Origin: Methanomassiliicoccales archaeon | Lineage (GTDB): Archaea > Thermoplasmatota > Thermoplasmata > Methanomassiliicoccales > UBA472 | Direction of reading: 5' to 3' | DNA length: 64,000 nt | Assembly (NCBI GenBank): GCA_035527755.1 | Contig: DATKZX010000002.1 | Span: 93,277 to 157,276 of the forward strand | Part shown: piece by piece, positions 46,067 to 53,974 of the stretch | Position numbering within the stretch: the stretch's first letter is position 1 | Layout: the number at the start of each line of letters is the position of its first letter | Notes under the pieces: model-generated | Told to the model about the DNA's origin: nothing | The model's input: the letters and a program-made list of their open reading frames with translations, nothing else | Database searches by the model: none | Program-made: the position numbers and the translations under genes

Positions 46067-47151
46067 GATTCAGCGTCGTATTGGGCACCCGCCCGGAGAT
46101 GATCAAGATGTCCCCCATCGTGCGGGAGCTGCAAAGGAATGGGGATGATTTCGATCTGGTGCACACCGGGCAGCACTACTCCTTTGAGATGGACAAGGTG
46201 TTCTTCCGCGACCTGGGGCTGCCCGATCCGACCATAAATCTAGAGGTCGGCTCCGGGACGCACGGCGCGCAGACCGGCAAGATGCTCATCGGACTGGAAC
46301 GGTTCTTCCAGCAGACGGAACCGGACGTGGTCCTGGTGCAGGGAGATACCAACACGGTCCTGGCGGGCGCCTTGGCGGCGGTCAAGTTGAACATCGCCGT
46401 CGGTCACGTTGAGGCGGGATTGCGCTCCTTCGATCGCACCATGCCGGAGGAAGTGAACCGGGTCATGGCCGATCATATCTCCGATATGCTCTTTGCACCA
46501 ACGGCGGTATCCGCGGACAACCTCAGGGCGGAAGGGATAGCTGATGATAGGATACACATCACCGGCAACACCATCGTGGACGCCGTTCGGGAGAACCTTC
46601 ATCTCGCGGTGGAGAAGGGCGATGCCCTGTTGAGCCTGGGGTTGGTGAAAGGAAAGTACATCCTGACCACCCTGCATCGCCAGGAGAACGTGGATTCCCC
46701 GGCCCGCATGAAGAACGTGCTGCTGGGACTGGAACAGGTGAGCATGAATACCGGACTGAAGATCGTCTGGCCCATGCACCCCAGGGCACGCAAGAACCTG
46801 GAGCGTTTCCAATTGAGCGTCCCGCCAGGCGTAAAGGTCGTCCAACCTCTGGGCTTTCCAGAGTTCTTGCAGTTAGAGGGCAACGCCGCCCTGGCCCTCA
46901 CCGACTCCGGCGGAGTTCAGGAGGAATGCTGCATCCTCGACATACCTTGCGTCACCCTGCGCGACAATACGGAAAGGCCGGAGACGGTGCAGGTCGGCGC
47001 CAACAAGATCGTGGGAACGGACCCGGTGAGAATAGCTGACGGTGTCCGGGAAATGCTTGGCCGTGACGGTTGGGTCTGCCCCCTGGGAGAGAGTGGTGCT
47101 GGCGCCCGCATCGTGGAGATATGCCGGAAGTTCCGAAAGACCTGGGCGTAA
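46063..47151 (+). CDS. wecB: UDP-N-acetylglucosamine 2-epimerase (non-hydrolysing)
   Basis: VLGTRPEMIKMSPI, HTGQHY, VQGDTNT, HVEAGLRS and TDSGGVQEE motifs. ATGA overlap with the upstream gene. Confidence 0.92.
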   Translation: MRFSVVLGTRPEMIKMSPIVRELQRNGDDFDLVHTGQHYSFEMDKVFFRDLGLPDPTINLEVGSGTHGAQTGKMLIGLERFFQQTEPDVVLVQGDTNTVLAGALAAVKLNIAVGHVEAGLRSFDRTMPEEVNRVMADHISDMLFAPTAVSADNLRAEGIADDRIHITGNTIVDAVRENLHLAVEKGDALLSLGLVKGKYILTTLHRQENVDSPARMKNVLLGLEQVSMNTGLKIVWPMHPRARKNLERFQLSVPPGVKVVQPLGFPEFLQLEGNAALALTDSGGVQEECCILDIPCVTLRDNTERPETVQVGANKIVGTDPVRIADGVREMLGRDGWVCPLGESGAGARIVEICRKFRKTWA

Positions 47152-47195
47152 CCTTTTCTATCCCCGGTGCTTTTGGCTGGATACAGGGTTGAAAA

Positions 47196-47831
47196 ATGAT
47201 CGAGGCGGTACTGGAAGTGAACATCCCCGACGGGTGGGTGCACGACATTTCTGTCAATTTCGATGTCCCAGTCCGCATTTTGGATTGTATCCCTTTCGGA
47301 GACAAGGGGGCCCGTTCCTTCGTCGAACTGGAATGTGACGACCCCGAGATGCAGCAGATCATCTCCCGCGCCATCGAGAAACATCCAGACGTGTGCAAGT
47401 GGGAATCATCTGTCACCGATGAAGGTCGCATGCGGGGCATCGCCCTCTTGACCAAGTGCCGCGCCTGCAAGGCCATCATGCGTTCGGATTGTTATCTTCG
47501 CAGTGCCAAGACCAAAGGCGGTGGCCTAGTGGAATGGAGGGTCATCGCCGCCAGGGAAAGCGCCCTGGCTCAGATGATCGCGGAACTGAAGCAGGCAGGA
47601 TGCTCCATCAAGCTTCTGTCAAAAAAGAACTTGGACGATACCAACTTCGTCACCAAACGTCAGGAGATGGCCATCCTTGACGCGTTGGAGAAAGGATATT
47701 ATGATTATCCCCGCAGAGTAGGGCTCCAGGACCTGGCAAAGAGCTTTGGGGTCACAGCCTCCACCATGGGCGAGATACTGCAAAGAGGGGAAAAGAACAT
47801 CATCCGGGAGTTCTTCCGGACCAAGATGTGA
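47196..47831 (+). CDS. DNA-binding protein with C-terminal HTH_10 (bacterio-opsin-activator type) domain
   Basis: VTKRQEMAILDALEKGYYDYPRRVGLQDLAKSFGVTASTMGEILQRGEKNII. Confidence 0.75.
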   Translation: MIEAVLEVNIPDGWVHDISVNFDVPVRILDCIPFGDKGARSFVELECDDPEMQQIISRAIEKHPDVCKWESSVTDEGRMRGIALLTKCRACKAIMRSDCYLRSAKTKGGGLVEWRVIAARESALAQMIAELKQAGCSIKLLSKKNLDDTNFVTKRQEMAILDALEKGYYDYPRRVGLQDLAKSFGVTASTMGEILQRGEKNIIREFFRTKM

Positions 47832-47841
47832 GGTTGAAAAT

Positions 47842-48681
47842 ATGGAAGATTCTGATAAGATCGAAGTCAAGACCATGGATGATAAGGATTACCGTTTGAA
47901 GAAGTCCCTGGCCCGAATAAAGCACAAGATCATCGTCATGTCAGGCAAGGGGGGAGTGGGGAAGAGCACCGTCTCGGTGAACCTCGCCATCTCTCTGGCC
48001 ATAAGAGGTTACGAGGTCGGTATATTGGATGCCGACATTCACGGTCCGAACATCCCCAAGATGCTGAACATCGAGAACGAGTCGGTCATGTCCGATGAGG
48101 AAGGGCTGATCCCCGTACTTGTGCCGCCACGCATAAAGGTCATGTCCATGGCCTTCCTGCTTCAGGACCCGGACACCCCAGTGGTGTGGCGTGGACCGAT
48201 CAAGATGGGCGCCCTGCGCCAGTTCGTTGCCGAGGTGCGATGGGGTGATCTGGACTTCCTGATCGTGGACCTGCCTCCGGGAACGGGCGACGAGCCATTG
48301 ACCATCGCGCAGCTCATCGATGATGCCGACGGCGCCATCATAGTCACTACACCGCAGGACGTAGCGCTGCTTGATTCGCGCAAGAGCGTCACCTTCGCCC
48401 AGGCACTGAAATTACCGGTGCTGGGGATCGTGGAGAACATGAGCGGACTGATCTGTCCCCACTGTCACAACACCATCGACCTGTTCAAGAAGGGCGGCGG
48501 GGAAAGGGCCGCCGAGCAGATGGGCGTCCCCTTCCTGGGAAGGGTGCCTCTGGACCCGGAAGTGGTTCTGGGCGGGGACGATGGCATGCCTATCGTGGTC
48601 AAGGATAAGGATAACCCTGCCTCCATAGCGTTCGGAGAGATGGTGGACCGCATATTGACCAAGGTCAACAAGGGAGAATGA
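47842..48681 (+). CDS. Mrp/NBP35/ApbC-family Fe-S cluster carrier ATPase
   Basis: VMSGKGGVGKSTVS deviant Walker A and CPHC motif (GLICPHCHN). The start is set at ATG 47842 because the ORF-track start overlaps the upstream gene. Confidence 0.88.
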   Translation: MEDSDKIEVKTMDDKDYRLKKSLARIKHKIIVMSGKGGVGKSTVSVNLAISLAIRGYEVGILDADIHGPNIPKMLNIENESVMSDEEGLIPVLVPPRIKVMSMAFLLQDPDTPVVWRGPIKMGALRQFVAEVRWGDLDFLIVDLPPGTGDEPLTIAQLIDDADGAIIVTTPQDVALLDSRKSVTFAQALKLPVLGIVENMSGLICPHCHNTIDLFKKGGGERAAEQMGVPFLGRVPLDPEVVLGGDDGMPIVVKDKDNPASIAFGEMVDRILTKVNKGE

Positions 48682-48682
48682 G

Positions 48683-49012
48683 ATGGTCCGCCTCTGCGTC
48701 ACCGCCGAGGGGCCTACCCTCGATGATCTGGTAGAGGAGGACTTCGGCCACGCCAAGTACCTGTTGATCGTGGACCCGGACACCTGGGCGGTCGAGGTGA
48801 ACGACAATCCCAAGAAGTACACCGACGTCGGGCATGGCATCATGACCGCGGAGAACGTGGGCAAGCTGAAGCCCGACGCGGTCCTCACCGGTTTCGCTGG
48901 GGACCATGGCCGACGCAAGATGGAGGCCCTGGGGATCAAGCTGATCATGGATGAAGAGGGGACGGTACGCGACGCCGTGAACGGTTATATCCGCCGGCAC
49001 ATGCAGAAGTGA
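48683..49012 (+). CDS. NifB/NifX-family (dinitrogenase FeMo-cofactor-binding fold) small protein
   Basis: 109 aa. FGHAKYLLIVD..PDAVLTGFAGDHGRRKMEALGIKL is the pattern of this family. Confidence 0.7.
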   Translation: MVRLCVTAEGPTLDDLVEEDFGHAKYLLIVDPDTWAVEVNDNPKKYTDVGHGIMTAENVGKLKPDAVLTGFAGDHGRRKMEALGIKLIMDEEGTVRDAVNGYIRRHMQK

Positions 49013-49077
49013 CCGAAACCCCTTTGTTCCTTTGATCTCCATCGGAATTCATGGTGATGAACGGAATCGCCTCAAAA

Positions 49078-49097
49078 CGGTGATCGCCGATTTTTTT
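49078..49097 (+). terminator. near-palindrome CGGTGATCGCCG followed by a T7 run
   Basis: About 66 nt downstream of the 48683..49012 stop. Oligo-T is the usual archaeal terminator signal. Confidence 0.45.
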
Positions 49098-49339
49098 CAT
49101 CTAATTAATTCGTAATTATACGAAGTAATTACCTTCCTCGTTCCATCTGGTAATCGATGAATGACGAGTTAATAAAGAGCAAACGAATCGACAATACAGG
49201 AAGTGTGTCTTCCCTGAATAACGATTGTTGATGATTATCGTAATAATTCTGCAATTTCAGTAGATAATCTGCTTAGGATATGAGAATATCGTAGTTATTT
49301 CAAATAGATTTAAGTATTAATCTCGAAGTAACTTCCTTT

Positions 49340-49629
49340 ATGGATGTCAGATCCCATCCATGCGAAAGCAATAAGCGGCACTGCTCCGCCGGTGCCGGCC
49401 CTGATCGGCTAGAGAAAGGGGTTGCCTGGGTGGACCTTCTGGACGACCGTGACGCATGGTGCGCGCTACGGAACGACGGAAGGATTTGTGAACGCGTGGT
49501 CCGGAAGCGGATCAAAAACATGAGGGGGGGAGTCGAATAAGCTCCCCGGTCACAATTAACGGACGATCCCTCACGATATGGGCAAATTTAGATCTCGAGA
49601 GGGCAACCTCTTGGATGGACCCAGGAGGT
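49340..49629 (+). ncRNA. candidate structured RNA or 5' leader of the USP/ActP-like operon (alternatively a leaderless 66-aa Cys-rich ORF, 49340..49540)
   Basis: A GC-rich block sits in an otherwise AT-rich 625-bp intergenic region. A TATA-like atttaagtattaat lies at 49308-49321, about 26 nt upstream. Long-range complementarity links 49354-49360, 49417-49426 and 49425-49431 to the contiguous stretch 49602-49625 next to the Shine-Dalgarno (see finding). Confidence 0.35.
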
Positions 49630-49637
49630 GCCGAGTG

Positions 49638-50438
49638 ATGCTGGATAAGATCCTGAACCGCAATAACGGACGAACCAACGGTCAAGAGAACATAATTCTG
49701 CTAGCCACCGACGGCTCTAAACCGGCCCTCACCGCCACCAAGAAGGCGGTGGAGCTGGCGAAAGCTACTCGAGCCACTCTTCACGTGGTGTGCGTTAATG
49801 AAGATTCGATGAGCTCACCACTGGAAAGAATGGGCGATGATGTGGCTGAGGAGAAGTTGATCGGCATACACTCCAAGGGAGGAGAGGTGGCCATGGAATG
49901 GGCTGCCTTGAATTCCGTACCGGCGGTCATAAAGACATACGCGGGAGGACCGGTAGTAGGTGCTATCCTAGACTACGCCAAGCAGATCAAACCATCGTTC
50001 ATTGTGCTAGGTTCGTCCGGCCGCAGTGGTTGGGAGAGGATCACCCTTGGATCGGTCGCCGAGGGCGTGATGAAGCACTCCCCATACCCGGTGATCATGA
50101 CCAAAGGGTACAATGACGCGTATATAACCGACATCCTGCAGATCGCACTGGCTAAGCTCATTCCAGAGGAACGGGAGGAAGCCCCGCTGGAGATGGTGGA
50201 CATAGCGGACCTGCACATAGGACGTAAGCTGGGACTGGCGGTAGGTACCCTGATGGCCTTCCTCGTTCCCTACTTCGGCCTGGGGTTCCTGAACTCCATT
50301 GCCCCGGACATCGCTACGGCCAAGGTCTTCGGCGATGCCAATGTGACCGTGGTGTGGGTACTGCTGCTCTTCCCCATCGGATGGATAACCGCCATCATGT
50401 TCCACCGCATGGCCAGCAGAATGGAGGGATTTGAATGA
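49638..50438 (+). CDS. universal stress protein (UspA) domain fused to a C-terminal two-helix membrane module resembling DUF485/YjcH
   Basis: USP part: ILLATDGS..TLHVVCV..IVLGSSGRSGWERITLGSVAEGVMKHSPYPVIM. C-terminal part: GTLMAFLVPYFGLGFLNSIAPDIA..VVWVLLLFPIGWITAIMFHRMA. GGAGGT Shine-Dalgarno 9 nt upstream of ATG 49638. ATGA overlap with the symporter gene. Confidence 0.75.
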   Translation: MLDKILNRNNGRTNGQENIILLATDGSKPALTATKKAVELAKATRATLHVVCVNEDSMSSPLERMGDDVAEEKLIGIHSKGGEVAMEWAALNSVPAVIKTYAGGPVVGAILDYAKQIKPSFIVLGSSGRSGWERITLGSVAEGVMKHSPYPVIMTKGYNDAYITDILQIALAKLIPEEREEAPLEMVDIADLHIGRKLGLAVGTLMAFLVPYFGLGFLNSIAPDIATAKVFGDANVTVVWVLLLFPIGWITAIMFHRMASRMEGFE

Positions 50439-52054
50439 GCAGCATAATCGCCATGGTGTTCGTGGTCGGCCTCATAGCGATCTCTCTGGGAGTGGCCGTA
50501 TACACTAGGCGTTCGGCCAGAACATCCTCGGAGTTCTATGTGGCCGGTCAGAACATCAGCTGGCTTCAGAACGCGCTGGCGCTCACGGGAGACTATCTGA
50601 GCGCCGCATCATTCCTGGGTGTGGCCGGCGCCATCGCGGTCTTCGGTATCGACAAGACCTGGGACGGTCTGGGATATTTCGGCGGGTACATAGTGCTGCT
50701 CGCTCTGCTGGCAGTGCCCCTGCGGAAGGTGGGTAAGTTCACCACATCCGAGATACTTACCACCCGATTCACGGGCAGCAAGTCCCTGCGTTTCGGAGGT
50801 ATGCTAGGTGCCGTGGTCATATCCACCTTCTATGTGGTGCCGCAGATCGTGGGCGCGGGAGCCCTGCTGCAGCTGCTGATGGGGTGGAACTACACCTTCT
50901 CCGTACTGGTCATAGGAGTGCTGGTGATAGCTTATGTTACCACCGGAGGCATGCGTGCTACCACCTACAACCAGATCATCCAAGGGCTGATACTGTGGGC
51001 AGCGATGTTCATCATTCTCATCCTGATGCTGGGAATGACGTTCCACTTCGACCCCGGGGAGGTGTTCACTCAGGCGGACAAAATGATCCCCCCCAAGCTG
51101 GCCTCCGGGCTGCTGGCTAACGACCCCACCGTGCCTGACTTCAGTACGTTGACCGCTGAGGAGGCCATAAACTTCGTCAGTGGCAAGTTAACTGGACAGA
51201 ACACCGCGCTGACTCCTGGTACTTTCGCCCCCAATTGGATGAATACCATAGCCTTAGCGGCCGGACTGGTGTTCGGTACGGCAGGTCTGCCCCATGTACT
51301 GACCAGGTACTACACCGTAAGGAAGCCGAAGGACGCCCGCACCAGCACCATCGGGGTGCTGCTGATGATCGGTACCTTCTACATCATGACGGTGTTCGTA
51401 GGGTTCGGGGCCATGTATGTACTGTACCCGGACCTCATGGGCTTCTTCATGAACGGACAATCGTCCATAGCCGTGAACATGGCGGTACCGCTGCTTGGTG
51501 AACAAACAGGTGGCCAGGTCTTGCTGGGTGTGGCCATAGGCGGAGCCTTCTGTGCCATCCTGAGCACCGTGGCCGGACTGCTGATCACCATAGGGACGAC
51601 CGTGAGCCACGACTTCTATAAAGAGGTCATCAACAGGAACGCCTCCGATCGCCGCGAAGTGATGGTAGCCAAGCTGTCCATCGTGCTCATGGGTGTAATG
51701 GGAGTGGGGATCGGACTGGGAATGGCCAACCAGAACGTGTCCTACCTCGTGACCCTGGCCTTCGGTATGGCGGCCAGTATCTTCTTCCCGGTGCTCTTCA
51801 TGAGCATCTGGTGGAGGAGGTACACTCGGCAGGGGGCCCTAGCGACCATGATCGCCGGGCTGGTGGTGTCGGTGGTGTTCGTCATCGCCACGCTGACCGG
51901 AACGACGAACGTCCTGGGACTGCCGGTGCTTATCAACCCGGCGCTCTACAGCCTGCCGGCGGCCATCATCGCCGGTGTGATCGTGAGCTACCTCACCGAT
52001 GACGTGGGGGACGTGGACAACTTCATGCGGAAGGCCCACGGGAAGACCGAGTAA
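50435..52054 (+). CDS. actP: solute:sodium symporter family, cation/acetate symporter ActP-like
   Basis: 539 aa. EFYVAGQNISWLQNALALTGDYLSAASFLGVAG closely matches the ActP N-terminal signature. Has 13-14 TM helices. Confidence 0.75.
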   Translation: MSSIIAMVFVVGLIAISLGVAVYTRRSARTSSEFYVAGQNISWLQNALALTGDYLSAASFLGVAGAIAVFGIDKTWDGLGYFGGYIVLLALLAVPLRKVGKFTTSEILTTRFTGSKSLRFGGMLGAVVISTFYVVPQIVGAGALLQLLMGWNYTFSVLVIGVLVIAYVTTGGMRATTYNQIIQGLILWAAMFIILILMLGMTFHFDPGEVFTQADKMIPPKLASGLLANDPTVPDFSTLTAEEAINFVSGKLTGQNTALTPGTFAPNWMNTIALAAGLVFGTAGLPHVLTRYYTVRKPKDARTSTIGVLLMIGTFYIMTVFVGFGAMYVLYPDLMGFFMNGQSSIAVNMAVPLLGEQTGGQVLLGVAIGGAFCAILSTVAGLLITIGTTVSHDFYKEVINRNASDRREVMVAKLSIVLMGVMGVGIGLGMANQNVSYLVTLAFGMAASIFFPVLFMSIWWRRYTRQGALATMIAGLVVSVVFVIATLTGTTNVLGLPVLINPALYSLPAAIIAGVIVSYLTDDVGDVDNFMRKAHGKTE

Positions 52055-52119
52055 ACCCTTTTCCAAAATCTTTCTTTTTTTTACCACGATTTTTTACCAC
52101 GACGATCGCTCTTTAGTTC

Positions 52120-52710
52120 ATGGGCGTTAAGGTGGAGCTTAATAAAGAGTTCAAGGTCGACCCTGTTCTGAAATCATATTTCCTGGCTTTCGTGCTCATG
52201 CTTCTGGCGCTGTTCATTTTGCCTTGGTGGTTACCGTTGATGACCCTGACCACCTGGGCGGAGGGCGGACAGGGCGCGACCCTTTCGACACTGGTCATCC
52301 TGGTGATATTTCTGGTCCCGGCGATCGTCTGGACCCCCCTATACCATAGAAGCTTGGTCTACGGTCTGACCGATGATGAGGTGATCTGGTCAAGGGGAGT
52401 GCTGTTTCGGAAGACCAGCATCGTGCCCTATACCAAGATAACCAACGTGGACATTCATCAGGGTCCGTTGATGCGCCGTTTCGGCATATACGGTCTGAAC
52501 GTGCAGACCGCCGGTTATTCCGTACAGCAGGCCGGAAGGTCCGAAATATCCATAATTGGGGTGAAGGACCATGATCGACTGAGGAACTTGATCATGGAGA
52601 ACGTTAGGAGGTCAAAGAGAGGAACGCCTCACGCCCGACCCCTGGGAACAGAGGAGCTGATGCTGGAAGAATTGAAAAAGATAAGGGGGTTGTTGGAGCG
52701 AATGGACTAG
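52120..52710 (+). CDS. membrane-flanked bacterial PH (bPH_2, YdbS/YdbT-like) domain protein
   Basis: Two N-terminal TM helices, then IWSRGVLFRKTSIVPYTKITNVDIHQGPLMRRFGIYGLNVQTAG. Confidence 0.75.
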   Translation: MGVKVELNKEFKVDPVLKSYFLAFVLMLLALFILPWWLPLMTLTTWAEGGQGATLSTLVILVIFLVPAIVWTPLYHRSLVYGLTDDEVIWSRGVLFRKTSIVPYTKITNVDIHQGPLMRRFGIYGLNVQTAGYSVQQAGRSEISIIGVKDHDRLRNLIMENVRRSKRGTPHARPLGTEELMLEELKKIRGLLERMD

Positions 52711-53864
52711 AGATCCAGCCCCTCGTCCCACTTCTTGGGCGGCTTGATGTCCAGCCAGGGCATCTCCAGACGCTTCGGTGCGATCGGGGCGCTCATGTCC
52801 ACCGGGTTCGGTCCCAGTTCCTTCACCTTCCCCACGTAGCTGTTGACCGCCTCGACATATCCTTCCACCTCCTCCGAATCGACGTAGTCGATGTGGAAGC
52901 GGTCGGGATGGAAGCCCATCTGGTCAAGGTAGGTGTGCAGCAGGGTCATCCTCTTTCTGGTCCTCAGATTGCCTATCTCGTAATGGCAACGACCGGGGTG
53001 ACCGGCCAGTACCAGTACGCCGTCGGCTCCTTTGGATAGCGCCTTCAATACCCACTCTGGATCGACACGGGCGGAGCACATCGTACGGATGACCACGAAA
53101 TGAGGGTCCATGGCCATGCGCTTCATTCCGGCGGTGTCCGCAGCCGTGTAGGAGCACCAATGGCAGGAGAAGACCACTATCTTCGGGAATTCCATCTTGG
53201 TGTTCTTCAGGAACGTCTCGATCTGGGATACGATCTGTATGTTGGAGAAGCATGTCTGGTCCATGGCGGCCGTTGGACAGGCGGCTACGCAGGCACCGCA
53301 GCCTTCACAGGCGTTGATGTTGACATTGGCCTTGAGGGAGTTGCCGAAGTCCTTGTCCGGAACGACCTTGATGGCGTTGAAGTTGCACACAGACTCGCAT
53401 ATCCTGCAGCCAGTGCAGCGGAACTTGTTGACCTGGGAGACGTTGGACTTATCCACATTGGACTGCATCAGCAGGCGATCGTGGGACATGCGCAGCATGT
53501 CTTCGGCCTTGACCGTGGCGGCGGTACGATCGTTGAAATGGACCCAGGCGCACTGCTCGCGTATGTTGCACATCTCCATCATGCAACCTTTGCCATCGGC
53601 GGACTCTATCACCTGCTGGAACTCCTTTAGGTAGAGCTTAGGGGAGCATGCAGCTATCAATACCCGGTCCAGTTTGTGCTGTTTGACCTCCTCGGCGATC
53701 GACCTTCTGGTCTCGGGAGCGCAGGCGAAGTCGACCGTGGCCGTATGGACCACATTCTCCAACTGGGATGCCGTTTCGTGGAGCATCTTGGTGTCCAGGC
53801 TATTGTCGATGTTCCCGCCGCAACGGCATATGTACACACCCATTCTCTGTGAACCCTTGACCAT
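52707..53864 (-). CDS. Fe-S protein: HdrA-like N-terminal Cys domain, 2x[4Fe-4S] ferredoxin and MvhD/FlpD domain, with no FAD domain
   Basis: GVYICRCGGNIDN..VLIAACSPKLY..NIREQCAWVH is HdrA-like. CTGCRICESVC and CEGCGACVAACP are ferredoxin motifs. IVVFSCHWCSY..VIRTMCSARVDP..GADGVLVLAGHPGRCHY is MvhD-like. Confidence 0.75.
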   Translation of the reverse strand: MVKGSQRMGVYICRCGGNIDNSLDTKMLHETASQLENVVHTATVDFACAPETRRSIAEEVKQHKLDRVLIAACSPKLYLKEFQQVIESADGKGCMMEMCNIREQCAWVHFNDRTAATVKAEDMLRMSHDRLLMQSNVDKSNVSQVNKFRCTGCRICESVCNFNAIKVVPDKDFGNSLKANVNINACEGCGACVAACPTAAMDQTCFSNIQIVSQIETFLKNTKMEFPKIVVFSCHWCSYTAADTAGMKRMAMDPHFVVIRTMCSARVDPEWVLKALSKGADGVLVLAGHPGRCHYEIGNLRTRKRMTLLHTYLDQMGFHPDRFHIDYVDSEEVEGYVEAVNSYVGKVKELGPNPVDMSAPIAPKRLEMPWLDIKPPKKWDEGLDL

Positions 53865-53974
53865 TTTTTAATCCTCCGAAACATGTTTGATAGATGTACA
53901 AAAGTTAAGGTCCATTATTATTAAGATTTCCCTGAAAGTACCAGAAAGAAGAAGGTTTCGGGGCCGTGCCCGAT

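Noticed and set aside
49013-49077. Repeated CGGAAT(T/C) strings (49042-49048 and 49062-49068) after the NifX-like gene.
   Set aside because: There are only two short copies with no symmetry or phasing. They probably belong to the 3' UTR ahead of the T-run terminator.
49225-49290. A possible C/D-box sRNA (TGATGA at about 49240, with CTGA/CTGC strings nearby).
   Set aside because: There is no properly spaced C / D' / C' / D arrangement. The candidate D boxes read CTGC, and the only CTGA lies upstream of the C box.
49340-49640. Whether the GC-rich block is SRP (7S) RNA, RNase P RNA or a TPP riboswitch.
   Set aside because: GGUCCGGAAGCGGAUCAAAA resembles SRP helix-8 sequence, but the flanks do not form the tetraloop-closing stem and there is no long helix 5. 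On the minus strand, CGUAGCGCGCACCAUG, CAGAAGGUCCACC and GCCGCUUAU loosely resemble RNase P conserved regions. They occur in the wrong order, and GAGGAAAGUCC and ACAGAA are absent. CCUGAUCGG..AGAAAGGGG resembles part of the TPP element, but no CUGAGA motif is present. This was judged from memory only, so a covariance-model scan is still needed.
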